64,000 bases of DNA, from the NCBI GenBank assembly GCA_963802945.1, contig CAWDKY010000017.1:160001-224000 (forward strand). The letters run 5' to 3'. Below are positions 32,111 to 40,388 of the stretch, one piece after another. The DNA comes from an uncultured delta proteobacterium (lineage in GTDB: Bacteria; Desulfobacterota; RBG-13-43-22). The notes below the pieces were generated by a model, which saw only the letters and a list, made by a program, of their open reading frames with translations, was not told where the DNA came from and ran no database searches. Every line of letters begins with the position of its first letter. Within the stretch, counting starts at the first letter, position 1. Both the position numbers and the translations under genes were made by a program.

Positions 32111-32178
32111 AGATCCCGCGAAAGGCGAGACTGTTAATCCCGCTGGAAGCGGGATTAACAGTCCGTCCCGGGGAGCCA
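32106..32178 (+). pseudogene. Second tRNA-Asn-derived copy interrupted by two hairpins
   Basis: GGTAGAG + hairpin + CTGTTAA + hairpin + AGTCCGTCCCGGGGAGCCA (19 nt identical to the tRNA 3' end). Confidence 0.8.
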
Positions 32179-32186
32179 GAAATAAG

Positions 32187-32216
32187 AAAAGGGCCCGTCT
32201 TGTCGGGCCTTTTTTA
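32187..32216 (+). terminator. Rho-independent terminator resembling the one after the intact tRNA (31791-31818)
   Basis: aaaagggcccgtcttgtcgggccttttttt vs gaggcccgttaataaaatgggccttttt. Confidence 0.75.
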
Positions 32217-32393
32217 TAATGGGGACAATTCTGATGAAAATCTTTTCAGGCAGAAAATAATTACAGAGGAATACCAATTCCTATTAATATAACCAAAGAA
32301 TATTGGACCTTACGGTTTTGCTTGACATTTTCCCTTAATGGTTACTATTATTTCATTATCAGCAAGAGACAAAATGAAGGAGGAAGATAAAAA

Positions 32394-33894
32394 ATGAGGA
32401 CAAAGGAACAGTATTTCCAAGGCCTGAGTAAGTTGAAACGAAATATCTATTGCGACGGCGAATTGATCGACCGGTTGGACGAGAAGCAGCAAGACTGCCT
32501 TAATACCCTCGGCACCACCTTTGATGAGACTTTGAAGCCGGAGAACCAGGAATTATTGACTGCCGTCTCCCATCTGACGGGTGAGAGGATCAGCCGATTC
32601 ACTCACATCCATCAGAATACCGACGACCTGCACAAAAAACAGGACATGACCCGCATGCTCTGCGGCAAGGTGGGGGGCTGTATCCAGCGCTGCATGGGCA
32701 TCGATGCCACTAATTCGATTTACAATGTCTCCTATGAAGCGGACAAACAAAATAACGGCGCCACCCAATACCATGAGAATTTTAAAAAATGGTTGACCCG
32801 CTTCCAGTCCGAAGATTTGGTGGGTTGCTGCGCCCAGACCGACGTCAAGGGCGACCGGCTGGCCAGGCCCGCTGATCAGGAGAACAAAGAAGCCTATCTG
32901 CGGATCTTAGAAAAACGCAAAGACGGGATCGTGGTCAGCGGCTGCAAACTGCACATTTCAGAGGCCTCTGTGGCCGATGAAGTGCTGGTGGTTCCCACCC
33001 GGGCTTTGCGCCCTGAAGATAAGGATTATGCCGTCTCCTTTGCCGTTCCGGCTGACTGGGACGGGATGAAGCAAGTGGTCACTGTCCGCAATTTCAGAAA
33101 AAGACCCGCTTTCCCCCGCGGTTTTTCCCAAGGGGCCACCGATTCCTATGTAATTTTCGACAAATGTTTTATACCCTGGGAAAGGGTCTTTCTGGCCGGC
33201 GAATGGCAGCATGGGGGTACGATGGCCTTGCTTTTTGCCTTGTTCCACCGTCACTCCTATTCAGGCTGCAAGCCGGGTCTCGGTGATGTCCTTTTAGGGA
33301 CAGCCGCCCTGGCCGCCGAAGTAAACAACATTCATAAGGCCTCTCATGTTCGGGAGAAACTGGCCGAGATCATCATGGTCACTGAGTTGGGTTACGCGGC
33401 GGGATATACAGCTTCCAGCATGGGAAAAGCCGAAGTCTATATGCCTGGCGTCGGTTTTATCCCCTATGGGCCAGGTTCCTATATCCCTCATTCGATTTAC
33501 TGTAATGTCGGCCGCTGCCTGACGGGTGAAGCGGTCTGGCGTGAAGCGGAAATCATTGTGTGATGTCTCCGGCGGTGTGCCGGCCACTTTTCCTCATGAA
33601 AAGGATTTCATGAATCCCGACATTAAAGACCTGCTTCTTAAATACACCAAACGGAATCCAAAGATGGCTGTGGAAGACCAGGCTCAATTCTGGCGGTATA
33701 TGGGCGATGTCCTGTGTTCCGCGGCCGGGGGTGTGCAAAGGATGGGGGCTTATCATGGCGGCGGCTCCCCAATCATGGAACAGATCGCCATCACCACCCA
33801 GTATGATATCGAGGCCAGGAAGAAGCTGGTCAAGTATATTGCCGGCATGAGCGGCGGGGACCGTGAGGCCTTAAGCAAGCCGGTGAAAAAATAA
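32394..33894 (+). CDS. 4-hydroxybutyryl-CoA dehydratase / HpaB-fold FAD enzyme, frameshifted near 33555
   Basis: VGGCIQRCMGID, AQTDVKGDR, HRHSYSGCK, YHGGGSP. Confidence 0.85.
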
Positions 33895-33941
33895 TTCCAG
33901 GCCGTTGTCTGATCCGTTAAATGAAAGAGAATACCTTTTTG

Positions 33942-33975
33942 TGCCTCTCTCTTTGTTAAAAGGGAGAGGCATTTT
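33942..33975 (+). terminator. Probable terminator
   Basis: tgcctctctcttt ... aaagggagaggca tttt. Confidence 0.6.
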
Positions 33976-34157
33976 GATTTTAGGGGCGGAACCTAATGAC
34001 CGGGAATTATTCGTGACCAAGGGCTGTTTTAATAAAATTATTGTTTTAAAATAGAAAATGTGGTATAAATGAAGTAAAAATTTACCCTGCCTTTAAAGAG
34101 TTCCCGGCCATAATGCTTAAGACCTCTTTAAGGGACTTAAACCTTTAAGGAGGTCTC

Positions 34158-34505
34158 ATGTCCAACAAATTGTATGTAGGTAGTCTCCCTTATTCTGTGA
34201 ACGATGAAATCCTTGCTCAAATTTTCACGCCGTACGGTTCGGTTGAATCGGCTAAAGTGATCACCGATCGGGAAACCGGACTCAGCAAGGGCTTCGGGTT
34301 CGTTGAAATGGCCAACGAACAAGAGGCTAACGAAGCCATCAAAAACCTGAACGGCAGCGCCTATGAAGGACGCACGCTGACGGTTTCCCAGGCTCGTCCT
34401 CAGGTCCCTCGTGAAGGAGGAGGGGGGTTCCGCGGCGGTCAAGGCAAGGGGAAAGGGCGAGGTGGCCGAGGAGGGGGTGGCTCCCAGGGCCGCAACCGCT
34501 GGTAA
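34158..34505 (+). CDS. RRM RNA-binding protein with Gly/Arg-rich tail
   Basis: KLYVGSL (RNP2), KGFGFVEM (RNP1). Confidence 0.93.
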   Translation: MSNKLYVGSLPYSVNDEILAQIFTPYGSVESAKVITDRETGLSKGFGFVEMANEQEANEAIKNLNGSAYEGRTLTVSQARPQVPREGGGGFRGGQGKGKGRGGRGGGGSQGRNRW

Positions 34506-34634
34506 TTCCCCATTTTAATATTACTTATTTCATTTAAAATCTGCTATTAGCCTGCTAACCGGCTAATCCGGTTGCAGGCTTTTTAAATTCTTGTTCTTTT
34601 AACTCATCGGTTATCCGTAAAGGAGCGATAATTA

Positions 34635-34856
34635 TTGTCTAAAGACGAGTTAGCCAAATTTGAAGGAAAAGTCACCAAGGCCACCGGAGGAGGAAACTAC
34701 ACGATAACCTTGGAAAGCGGGGTCACCATCTCAGCCAAATTATGCGGCACGATGAAACGATTTAAAATCCGGGTCATCGAGGGGGATAGAGTGACGGTCG
34801 GGGTTTCTCCGTACGACCTTTCTCATGGACTGATTATCTTTCGTCATAAAACCTGA
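34635..34856 (+). CDS. infA: Translation initiation factor IF-1 (divergent)
   Basis: EGKV, GTMKRFKIRVIEGDRVTVGVSPYDLSHGLIIFR; AAGGAG RBS, TTG start. Confidence 0.85.
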   Translation: MSKDELAKFEGKVTKATGGGNYTITLESGVTISAKLCGTMKRFKIRVIEGDRVTVGVSPYDLSHGLIIFRHKT

Positions 34857-34986
34857 CCCATTGACAGTCGTCATCTAAGACCGGGGTTCAATCCTGCCTA
34901 CCAAAGTACCCAAAGATACTTTCTTAACACATGCATCGATAGGTATAATAGGCATGGGATGATTGTAAAAAGGAGATCAATCACAG

Positions 34987-36504
34987 ATGGTCAATGAATA
35001 TGTTGTTGAAACTTCCAACGGAAAAGTTCGAGGTTACGGTCGAAGAAGCATCATCAAATTTAAAGGCATTCCCTATGCAGCACCTCCTGACGGTATTTCC
35101 CGCTTCAAGCCCCCGGCACCGGTTGAGCCGTGGACCGGCGTGCGGGATGCCCTGGAATACAGTCCGATAGTCCCTCAACCGGCTTCTGAGCTGGAAATGA
35201 TGTTCGGGGGACAGAAGGTACAAAATGAGGCGGAATGCCTAACCTTGAACATATGGACTCCTGCGGTCGACACCTCAAAACGTCCGGTCATGTTTTTTAT
35301 TCACGGCGGGGCATTTGTGACCGGCACAGGGGCTTCTCTGGACGGTTCCCGGTTGGCCTTGAGGGGTGATGTGGTTGTGGTCAGCATTAACTATAGATTA
35401 GGGGTCCTCGGGTTTTTATTTCTGCCCGACGAGACGGATGCGAGCTCCAATGTAGGATTGCTGGATATGGTGGCCGCTCTTCGATTTGTAAAAGAAAATA
35501 TTGCCCGTTTTGGAGGAGACCCGGATAAGGTTACGATTTTTGGGGAATCCGCGGGTGGATTTGCGGTTGCTTCTTTGCTGGCCACGCCTTCGGCCAAGGG
35601 ATTGTTCCACCGGGCCATTCTACAGTCGGGAGCGGCCCATCCTTTGGGGATGAATCCCGAGGCGGCCATGCGTGCCCATGAAAAATTGATCAAAGAATTG
35701 GGGATTCAAAAAGGAGATCTCAAGGCCCTTCGCCGGTTCTCGTCGGAAGAGATTATTAAAGCCCAGATCGCCATCATGCCCGATCAATCGGAAGGTTTTT
35801 CCATTGACCGACCTTTGCGGCTGGGGCCGGTTGTAGATGGAGGGGTCCTGCCCGATCACCCCCTTTCAGCGATAAGAAAGGGTTATGCTAAAGAGATCGA
35901 TATATTTATTGGATCGAATCTCGACGAAACAAAATTATGGAATTTATTAAATCCAAAAGCGGAAAAAATTCGGCAAGAAGGGCTTGAAAAAGGAACAAAG
36001 GCCATCGCTGCTTTAACAAGAAAGAGTGAGGGTCATGTCGATAAGCTATTGAAAATTTACCAGCAGACCAGAAATACACCGAGGGACATCATGGATGCCC
36101 TAACTACGGATTATACGTTTCGAATTCCATCCATACGTCTGGCCGAAGCACAAAGTGTTCATCAAAAAAATACCTACATGTATCTTTTCACTTGGCAAAG
36201 TCCATTTCGGGGAGGTAAATACGGGGCGATGCACGCCCTGGAACTGGGTTTTGTTTTCGGAGTCCTTTTGAAGACCGAGGTTGGTATCTTTCCCAAAAGG
36301 GATGAAGAAACCGAGGCCTTGAGTGGGGCCATGATGGACACCTGGATATCGTTTGCCAGGACCGGAAATCCGAATAATGCCTCCATTCCGCCATTGCCGC
36401 CCTATGATCTTAAGAAAAGATCAACCATTATTTTTGACAAAGAGATCAAGATCGTTGATGATCCCTATGGTCAGGAAAGGGCAGCCTGGGATGAGCTGTT
36501 ATGA
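34987..36504 (+). CDS. Type B carboxylesterase (para-nitrobenzyl esterase-like)
   Basis: FKGIPYAAPP, ECLTLNIWTP, NYRLG, GESAG, GAMHALEL. Confidence 0.93.
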   Translation: MVNEYVVETSNGKVRGYGRRSIIKFKGIPYAAPPDGISRFKPPAPVEPWTGVRDALEYSPIVPQPASELEMMFGGQKVQNEAECLTLNIWTPAVDTSKRPVMFFIHGGAFVTGTGASLDGSRLALRGDVVVVSINYRLGVLGFLFLPDETDASSNVGLLDMVAALRFVKENIARFGGDPDKVTIFGESAGGFAVASLLATPSAKGLFHRAILQSGAAHPLGMNPEAAMRAHEKLIKELGIQKGDLKALRRFSSEEIIKAQIAIMPDQSEGFSIDRPLRLGPVVDGGVLPDHPLSAIRKGYAKEIDIFIGSNLDETKLWNLLNPKAEKIRQEGLEKGTKAIAALTRKSEGHVDKLLKIYQQTRNTPRDIMDALTTDYTFRIPSIRLAEAQSVHQKNTYMYLFTWQSPFRGGKYGAMHALELGFVFGVLLKTEVGIFPKRDEETEALSGAMMDTWISFARTGNPNNASIPPLPPYDLKKRSTIIFDKEIKIVDDPYGQERAAWDELL

Positions 36505-36533
36505 TCAATACATAATGACACAATTACGTGTGA

Positions 36534-36623
36534 CGTCATTCCGGTCCCGCATCAAGTGCAGGATAGACTCCATCCGGAATCCAGTAAGAAAAGTCTGGAT
36601 GCCGGATCAAGTCCGGCATGACA
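36534..36623. repeat. REP-like doublet with a nested TCCCGCATCAAGTGCAGGA hairpin
   Basis: cgtcattccgg[insert]atccggaatccag...ctggatgccggatcaagtccggcatgaca. Confidence 0.75.
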
Positions 36624-36645
36624 GCATAGACTTTGTAGAGAAACT

Positions 36646-37248
36646 ATGGAACTGATATTGATTCGACATGCCCTTCCCCTGAGGGTTCAAAAAGAAGCCG
36701 GCACACCGGCTGATCCGGGTTTGAGCGAAAAAGGGATCGAACAAGCAAGAAGACTAGCCCATTGGATGAAGTCGGAAGAATTGGACGCCATTTATAGCAG
36801 CCCCATGAACCGGGCCCAAATGACCGCGAAACCTTTAGCTGAGATTAAAGGCATCGAGATTAAAATCGAACCGGATGTGGCCGAATTTGACAACCAATCC
36901 TCTACCTATGTTCCTATGGAAGAATTAAGGGCCAAATACTATGACCTATGGCTGGATTTAGTGAACGGCGGTTTTGAAAAGTTATTCAACCTGAAGGATT
37001 TTAGAAAAACCGTCTTGGACAGCCTGGAAAAAATCATCCAGCAAAACAGCGGTAAGCGCGTAGCCGTGGTCTGTCATGGCGGCATCATCAATATCTGGGC
37101 AGCCCATGTTCTGGGGATCGATAAATTTCTTTTCTTTGCCCCGGAATACACCAGTATCAACCGGTTTTTGGCCTCGGGAAAAGGGCAGCGTTCAGTGGCC
37201 AGCCTGAATGAGACGGCCCACCTGCGGGAAGATTTTACGTTGGTTTAA
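36646..37248 (+). CDS. Histidine phosphatase family protein
   Basis: LIRHA, YSSPMNRAQMTA, VVCHGG, LNETAHL. Confidence 0.92.
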   Translation: MELILIRHALPLRVQKEAGTPADPGLSEKGIEQARRLAHWMKSEELDAIYSSPMNRAQMTAKPLAEIKGIEIKIEPDVAEFDNQSSTYVPMEELRAKYYDLWLDLVNGGFEKLFNLKDFRKTVLDSLEKIIQQNSGKRVAVVCHGGIINIWAAHVLGIDKFLFFAPEYTSINRFLASGKGQRSVASLNETAHLREDFTLV

Positions 37249-37287
37249 AGAAAATTAAAGCACCACAGCTCTGCTTTCTCCAGATAT

Positions 37288-37415
37288 AGGCAACGGCTCA
37301 TGCTTCAGCCGCCGCCGTGTTTGGCAAGACTTGCTCCAATAGCCAAAGCGACGGCAGGCAAAACGCTCACGCATACCCGCCGCCGAAGGCGATCGGCTGG
37401 AAGCGCTTGTTAGGC
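37288..37415 (-). mobile_element. Integron attC site 1
   Basis: Minus strand GCCTAAC AAGCGCTTCCAGCCG ... CGGCTGAAGCATGAGCC GTTGCCT; the upstream gene stop lies in the R'' box. Confidence 0.85.
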
Positions 37416-38366
37416 GCCTATATCTTTATTTAGCAACTCGCGATTGCCAAAATCGAATTTGAATGAGGTATCCAATGCGCCTTTCGCGCACACGTTGACG
37501 CACTCTAAGCACAGAATGCACTCGGTCGAAAGCACCCTTTGCTTATCTAAAACGTACTCGGAGACGCGAATATCCATTGGACACATCTTATTGCACGCCC
37601 CACAATCATTGCATTTCTCGGCGTCGCCAACGATTTTGAGTAGTGCAAAGCGACTCGTGATCTTTTGTAGCGTGGGAATAGGGCACACATATTTGCAAAA
37701 TGCGCGATTGTCTTGAAGCGCATACGCCAACGCGATGCCGACCGCATAGTACAGAATGTTGCCGCCGAGAAGCCAATACAACTCGGTCAGACTCTGATCC
37801 TGAACGCGATAGTTCAATCCCCACCACAGTACCGCCACCAATCCCAAACTAAGCGCAAAGTGGATGTAGCGCAGATAACCCCACTTGTCGGAAAGTCTTC
37901 CCTGTTTATTCCGCTTGTAGGGCAACAGATCAAAGACCATAGCGTTCCAACAAGCCCAGCCACACCAACCACGATTGAACACAAGCGGGCCAGCTATCTT
38001 AGCTACCAGGTAGTGAATGACTGACCCAGCAAAGAAACCAGCCAAGAGGTAAAAGAAAAACCCTTCCATCTGCATATTCTCTCGCTGAAACAATCCAAGG
38101 AAAACCAGCATATAGACCCCAACAAGAAATTGAGCCAATCTGCGTCCCCAGAGTTTTTGTCGCTTGGGAAGTGCCGAGTAAACTCCAATGCCGATGCCCA
38201 GTGCAGTACCGATATACCCAAAATTGTAGAGATAGAAGATACGGCCGGTGGTCTGCCACAGAACTACTGCGATGCCCCAGAAGATAATCATCATAATCAG
38301 TGGTATCTTGAAACGAGCAAAGTCGAAAGCGTCTTCAGATTTCATCTTCATTTCCTCGGTTGTCAT
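37410..38366 (-). CDS. Membrane-bound 4Fe-4S protein (NapH/MauN-like), gene cassette
   Basis: TM helices, RGWCGWAC, RAFCKYVCP, CNDCGACNKMCP, CILCLECVNVC. Confidence 0.85.
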   Translation of the reverse strand: MTTEEMKMKSEDAFDFARFKIPLIMMIIFWGIAVVLWQTTGRIFYLYNFGYIGTALGIGIGVYSALPKRQKLWGRRLAQFLVGVYMLVFLGLFQRENMQMEGFFFYLLAGFFAGSVIHYLVAKIAGPLVFNRGWCGWACWNAMVFDLLPYKRNKQGRLSDKWGYLRYIHFALSLGLVAVLWWGLNYRVQDQSLTELYWLLGGNILYYAVGIALAYALQDNRAFCKYVCPIPTLQKITSRFALLKIVGDAEKCNDCGACNKMCPMDIRVSEYVLDKQRVLSTECILCLECVNVCAKGALDTSFKFDFGNRELLNKDIGA

Positions 38367-38406
38367 GATTTACCAAGGCTACCCGAGTTATGGAGTAGCA
38401 TGCCGC

Positions 38407-38461
38407 GCCTAATGGAGATCGGTGGCGCGGTTCCCCGCGTTCGCTGCATCGATTGTTAGGC
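38407..38461 (-). mobile_element. Integron attC site 2 (R' reads ATT)
   Basis: Minus strand GCCTAAC AATCGATGCAGCGAACGCGG...CCGCGCCACCGATCTCC ATTAGGC. Confidence 0.75.
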
Positions 38462-38492
38462 GATAGTACCCAGTAGTTTCACCAACTCCGAT

Positions 38493-38774
38493 CTACTTTA
38501 GGAGCTCCTCTGCCTTTGATGGGGTTGCCAAAGGGTAGGTATCGAAGCTTATGGGGACAATGTTTGACCATTGTGTCAGAAGTTCATGAAGCTCGTCATT
38601 TGACGATAAATCGAAAATGACAACAGAACCTCTGCCTACTCTAGGGTAAAAGCAAACAACATTATTCTTTGATTTCAAATCATTGATCCAGGACCTGAAT
38701 TCTAATCTTGCGTTTTTTACATCTTCGGGCTTGGAAGGACGTGGGGTACTTATCACTAAATATAACATTCTCAA
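38493..38774 (-). CDS. Small dimeric alpha/beta barrel protein (DUF3303/muconolactone isomerase-like), gene cassette
   Basis: GRGSVVIFDLSSNDELHELLTQWS...FDTYPL; AAGGAGG RBS just after the R' box. Confidence 0.7.
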   Translation of the reverse strand: MRMLYLVISTPRPSKPEDVKNARLEFRSWINDLKSKNNVVCFYPRVGRGSVVIFDLSSNDELHELLTQWSNIVPISFDTYPLATPSKAEELLK

Positions 38775-38793
38775 ACACCTCCTTATCTATGGT

Positions 38794-38910
38794 GCCTAAC
38801 ATAGAGTTAAGCTGCGCACCCGAATCAGCCCGCACTCGCAGTTGTTGGCTGGCTGAAGTTGGCACTCTAAGAGCAAAACGCAGGGCGTCAGCTTCAACGA
38901 TTTGTTGGAG
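38794..38910 (-). mobile_element. Integron attC site 3 (canonical R')
   Basis: Minus strand CTCCAAC AAATCGTTGAAGCTGACGCCC ... GGGTGCGCAGCTTAACTCTAT GTTAGGC. Confidence 0.9.
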
Positions 38911-38937
38911 CGACACCCTCCGGGCTTCCCGCTCCTA

Positions 38938-39512
38938 TTACCAGATTCCTGGGATCAGTTTCTTCGTCTTCCCTTGATATGCTGCGTATTCTGCCCCGAG
39001 GCCTTCCGCCAAAGCTACTTCCTCAATCCGTATTCGGTAAATGAGCGAGAACGTTGGTAGACAAACTGCAGCCAACAGAGAAAGCCAATTCTTGGAGAGG
39101 AGGCCATATCCTACAAAGAAAAGAAGAATCCCAGCGTACGATGGGTGCCTTACGTACTTGTAAGGACCCTTCTGAATTACCTTCTGACCCTTCTCAAGTT
39201 CTATGGTCGTTGAAAGTACCTTCCGAGAACGATGATCGACCAGTGCCGTAGAAATAGCCCAAGAAACATTACTACGATCCCGAGGTAGAACATCACTGTA
39301 GCTCTGGGAACGTCGAACCGAAGTACTGGAACCCAGTTCGCTATCGGGGCCAATGCCAACGCCACCATGGTTGCGATGGTGTTGTAGTTCCTTGTTCTTC
39401 GATCTATCTCCCTCTTTCCCTTTCCATGTGCACGGTCCCTTAGGATCAGGTACGCTTCCGCCGCAAGCCACAGAACCATCGCGGCGACCTGGACAATCAA
39501 GTCAAAGTACAT
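38938..39512 (-). CDS. Isoprenylcysteine carboxyl methyltransferase (ICMT/PEMT) family membrane protein, frameshifted, gene cassette
   Basis: LRHWSIIVLGRYF then, in a shifted frame, KGPYKYVRHPSYAG, RIRIEE, KKLIPGIW. Confidence 0.85.
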
Positions 39513-39566
39513 GACGCTTCTACCTCTTAGAGAAAATAGAAAATAGGGAAATCTGCCCCTATTTTC

Positions 39567-39742
39567 ATCGATAAATTTCTCTTCTTCGCCCCGGAATACA
39601 CCAGCATCAACCGCTTTTTAGCTTCCGGCAAAGGGCAACGTTCGGTGGCCAGCCTGAACGAGACGGCTCACCTGCGAAAAGATTTTACCTTGGTTTAAGA
39701 AAAATTAACGCAACAGCTCTGCTCCATCCCAATATGGGCAAC
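39567..39742 (+). repeat. Diverged second copy of the histidine phosphatase 3' end plus downstream DNA (copy 1 at 37117-37294)
   Basis: Encodes IDKFLFFAPEYTSINRFLASGKGQRSVASLNETAHLRKDFTLV*; differences are almost all synonymous; both copies end at GGCAAC. Confidence 0.92.
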
Positions 39743-39816
39743 GAAGCACATGAGCCGCGGCTTACCCTACCACTACGCTCCAGGGTAAGCCGTCGGACTC
39801 GATGTAGGTGTTAGGC
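39736..39816 (-). mobile_element. Integron attC site 4
   Basis: Minus strand GCCTAAC ACCTACATCGAGTCCGACGGCTTACCCT ... AGGGTAAGCCGCGGCTCATGTGCTTC GTTGCCC. Confidence 0.85.
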
Positions 39817-39842
39817 AACCAGCTGATGTCGCGGCGCTTAGC

Positions 39843-40010
39843 TTACGGGTTCTTTAGGAATCTCAAATAGAAGGCTGCAAACACCAAGACAATACCGATG
39901 TTCACTATCAGCCGTTCCCAGAATCGATTCTTAAAGAACAGTAAATCTACACTAACGACAACTGCTATCAACACCAGAATGTAAAGCACGACAGATATGC
40001 TTTTTGTCAT
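39843..40010 (-). CDS. 55-aa two-helix membrane protein, gene cassette (below the ORF-track cut-off)
   Basis: MTKSISVVLYILVLIAVVVSVDLLFFKNRFWERLIVNIGIVLVFAAFYLRFLKNP*, just upstream of attC4. Confidence 0.75.
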   Translation of the reverse strand: MTKSISVVLYILVLIAVVVSVDLLFFKNRFWERLIVNIGIVLVFAAFYLRFLKNP

Positions 40011-40061
40011 TTCAATCACCAGTTCAAATATATCAACAGCCGCTTACCTATGAATAGCAAA

Positions 40062-40320
40062 GAGGGTCAGGTCTATTTTTTCAACATTGCTTTTTTGCCT
40101 GCGTCCGAACAATACGGCTTATCGAAGAAAAATGTAACCCTAAATATTCAGAGATTTATTTCAGGGTGTAATCATATCTCTCCACCGCCTTTAGTATCCG
40201 TTTATTTCGTATCCTCTTTTTACGCATCACTTCTGCGGTGAATATTTTTTCCAGTGGACGAGACATATCTTGTTTGTATCCCTATTTATCTTCAATGTCA
40301 AGAAAATAGACCTGACCCCT
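40062..40320 (-). mobile_element. Non-autonomous element: about 26-bp TIRs around an internally deleted Y1/RAYT-like transposase
   Basis: TIRs gggtcaggtctattttttcaacattg / caatgtcaagaaaatagacctgaccc; minus strand from 40266 reads MSRPLEKIF...VERYDYTLK*ISEYLGLHFSSISRIV. Confidence 0.7.
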
Positions 40321-40332
40321 TTCCCCATTTTA

Positions 40333-40388
40333 AGCTAAAGAAAAAATCAGCCGGAGCGTTGTGATCGGCTGTATTGATTTTGTTAACC
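40333..40388 (-). mobile_element. Integron attC site 5 (R' reads TTT)
   Basis: Minus strand GGTTAAC AAAATCAATACAGCCGATCACAACGCTCCGGCTGATTTTTTC TTTAGCT; the TIR gene stop lies in R''. Confidence 0.75.

Noticed and set aside
31560-32178. GIY-YIG as homing endonuclease of a group I intron in the tRNA
   Set aside because: The tRNA is uninterrupted, there is no room for a ribozyme core, and the flanking pieces overlap in tRNA content rather than forming complementary exons.
31764-32178. attL/attR of a prophage or ICE at tRNA-Asn
   Set aside because: The 19-bp 3' repeat encloses only about 380 bp with no integrase, and 5' and internal tRNA parts are also repeated.
33561-33563. TGA as selenocysteine read-through in the AbfD-like gene
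   Set aside because: Homology continues in a different frame (LCDVSGG), so this is a frameshift.
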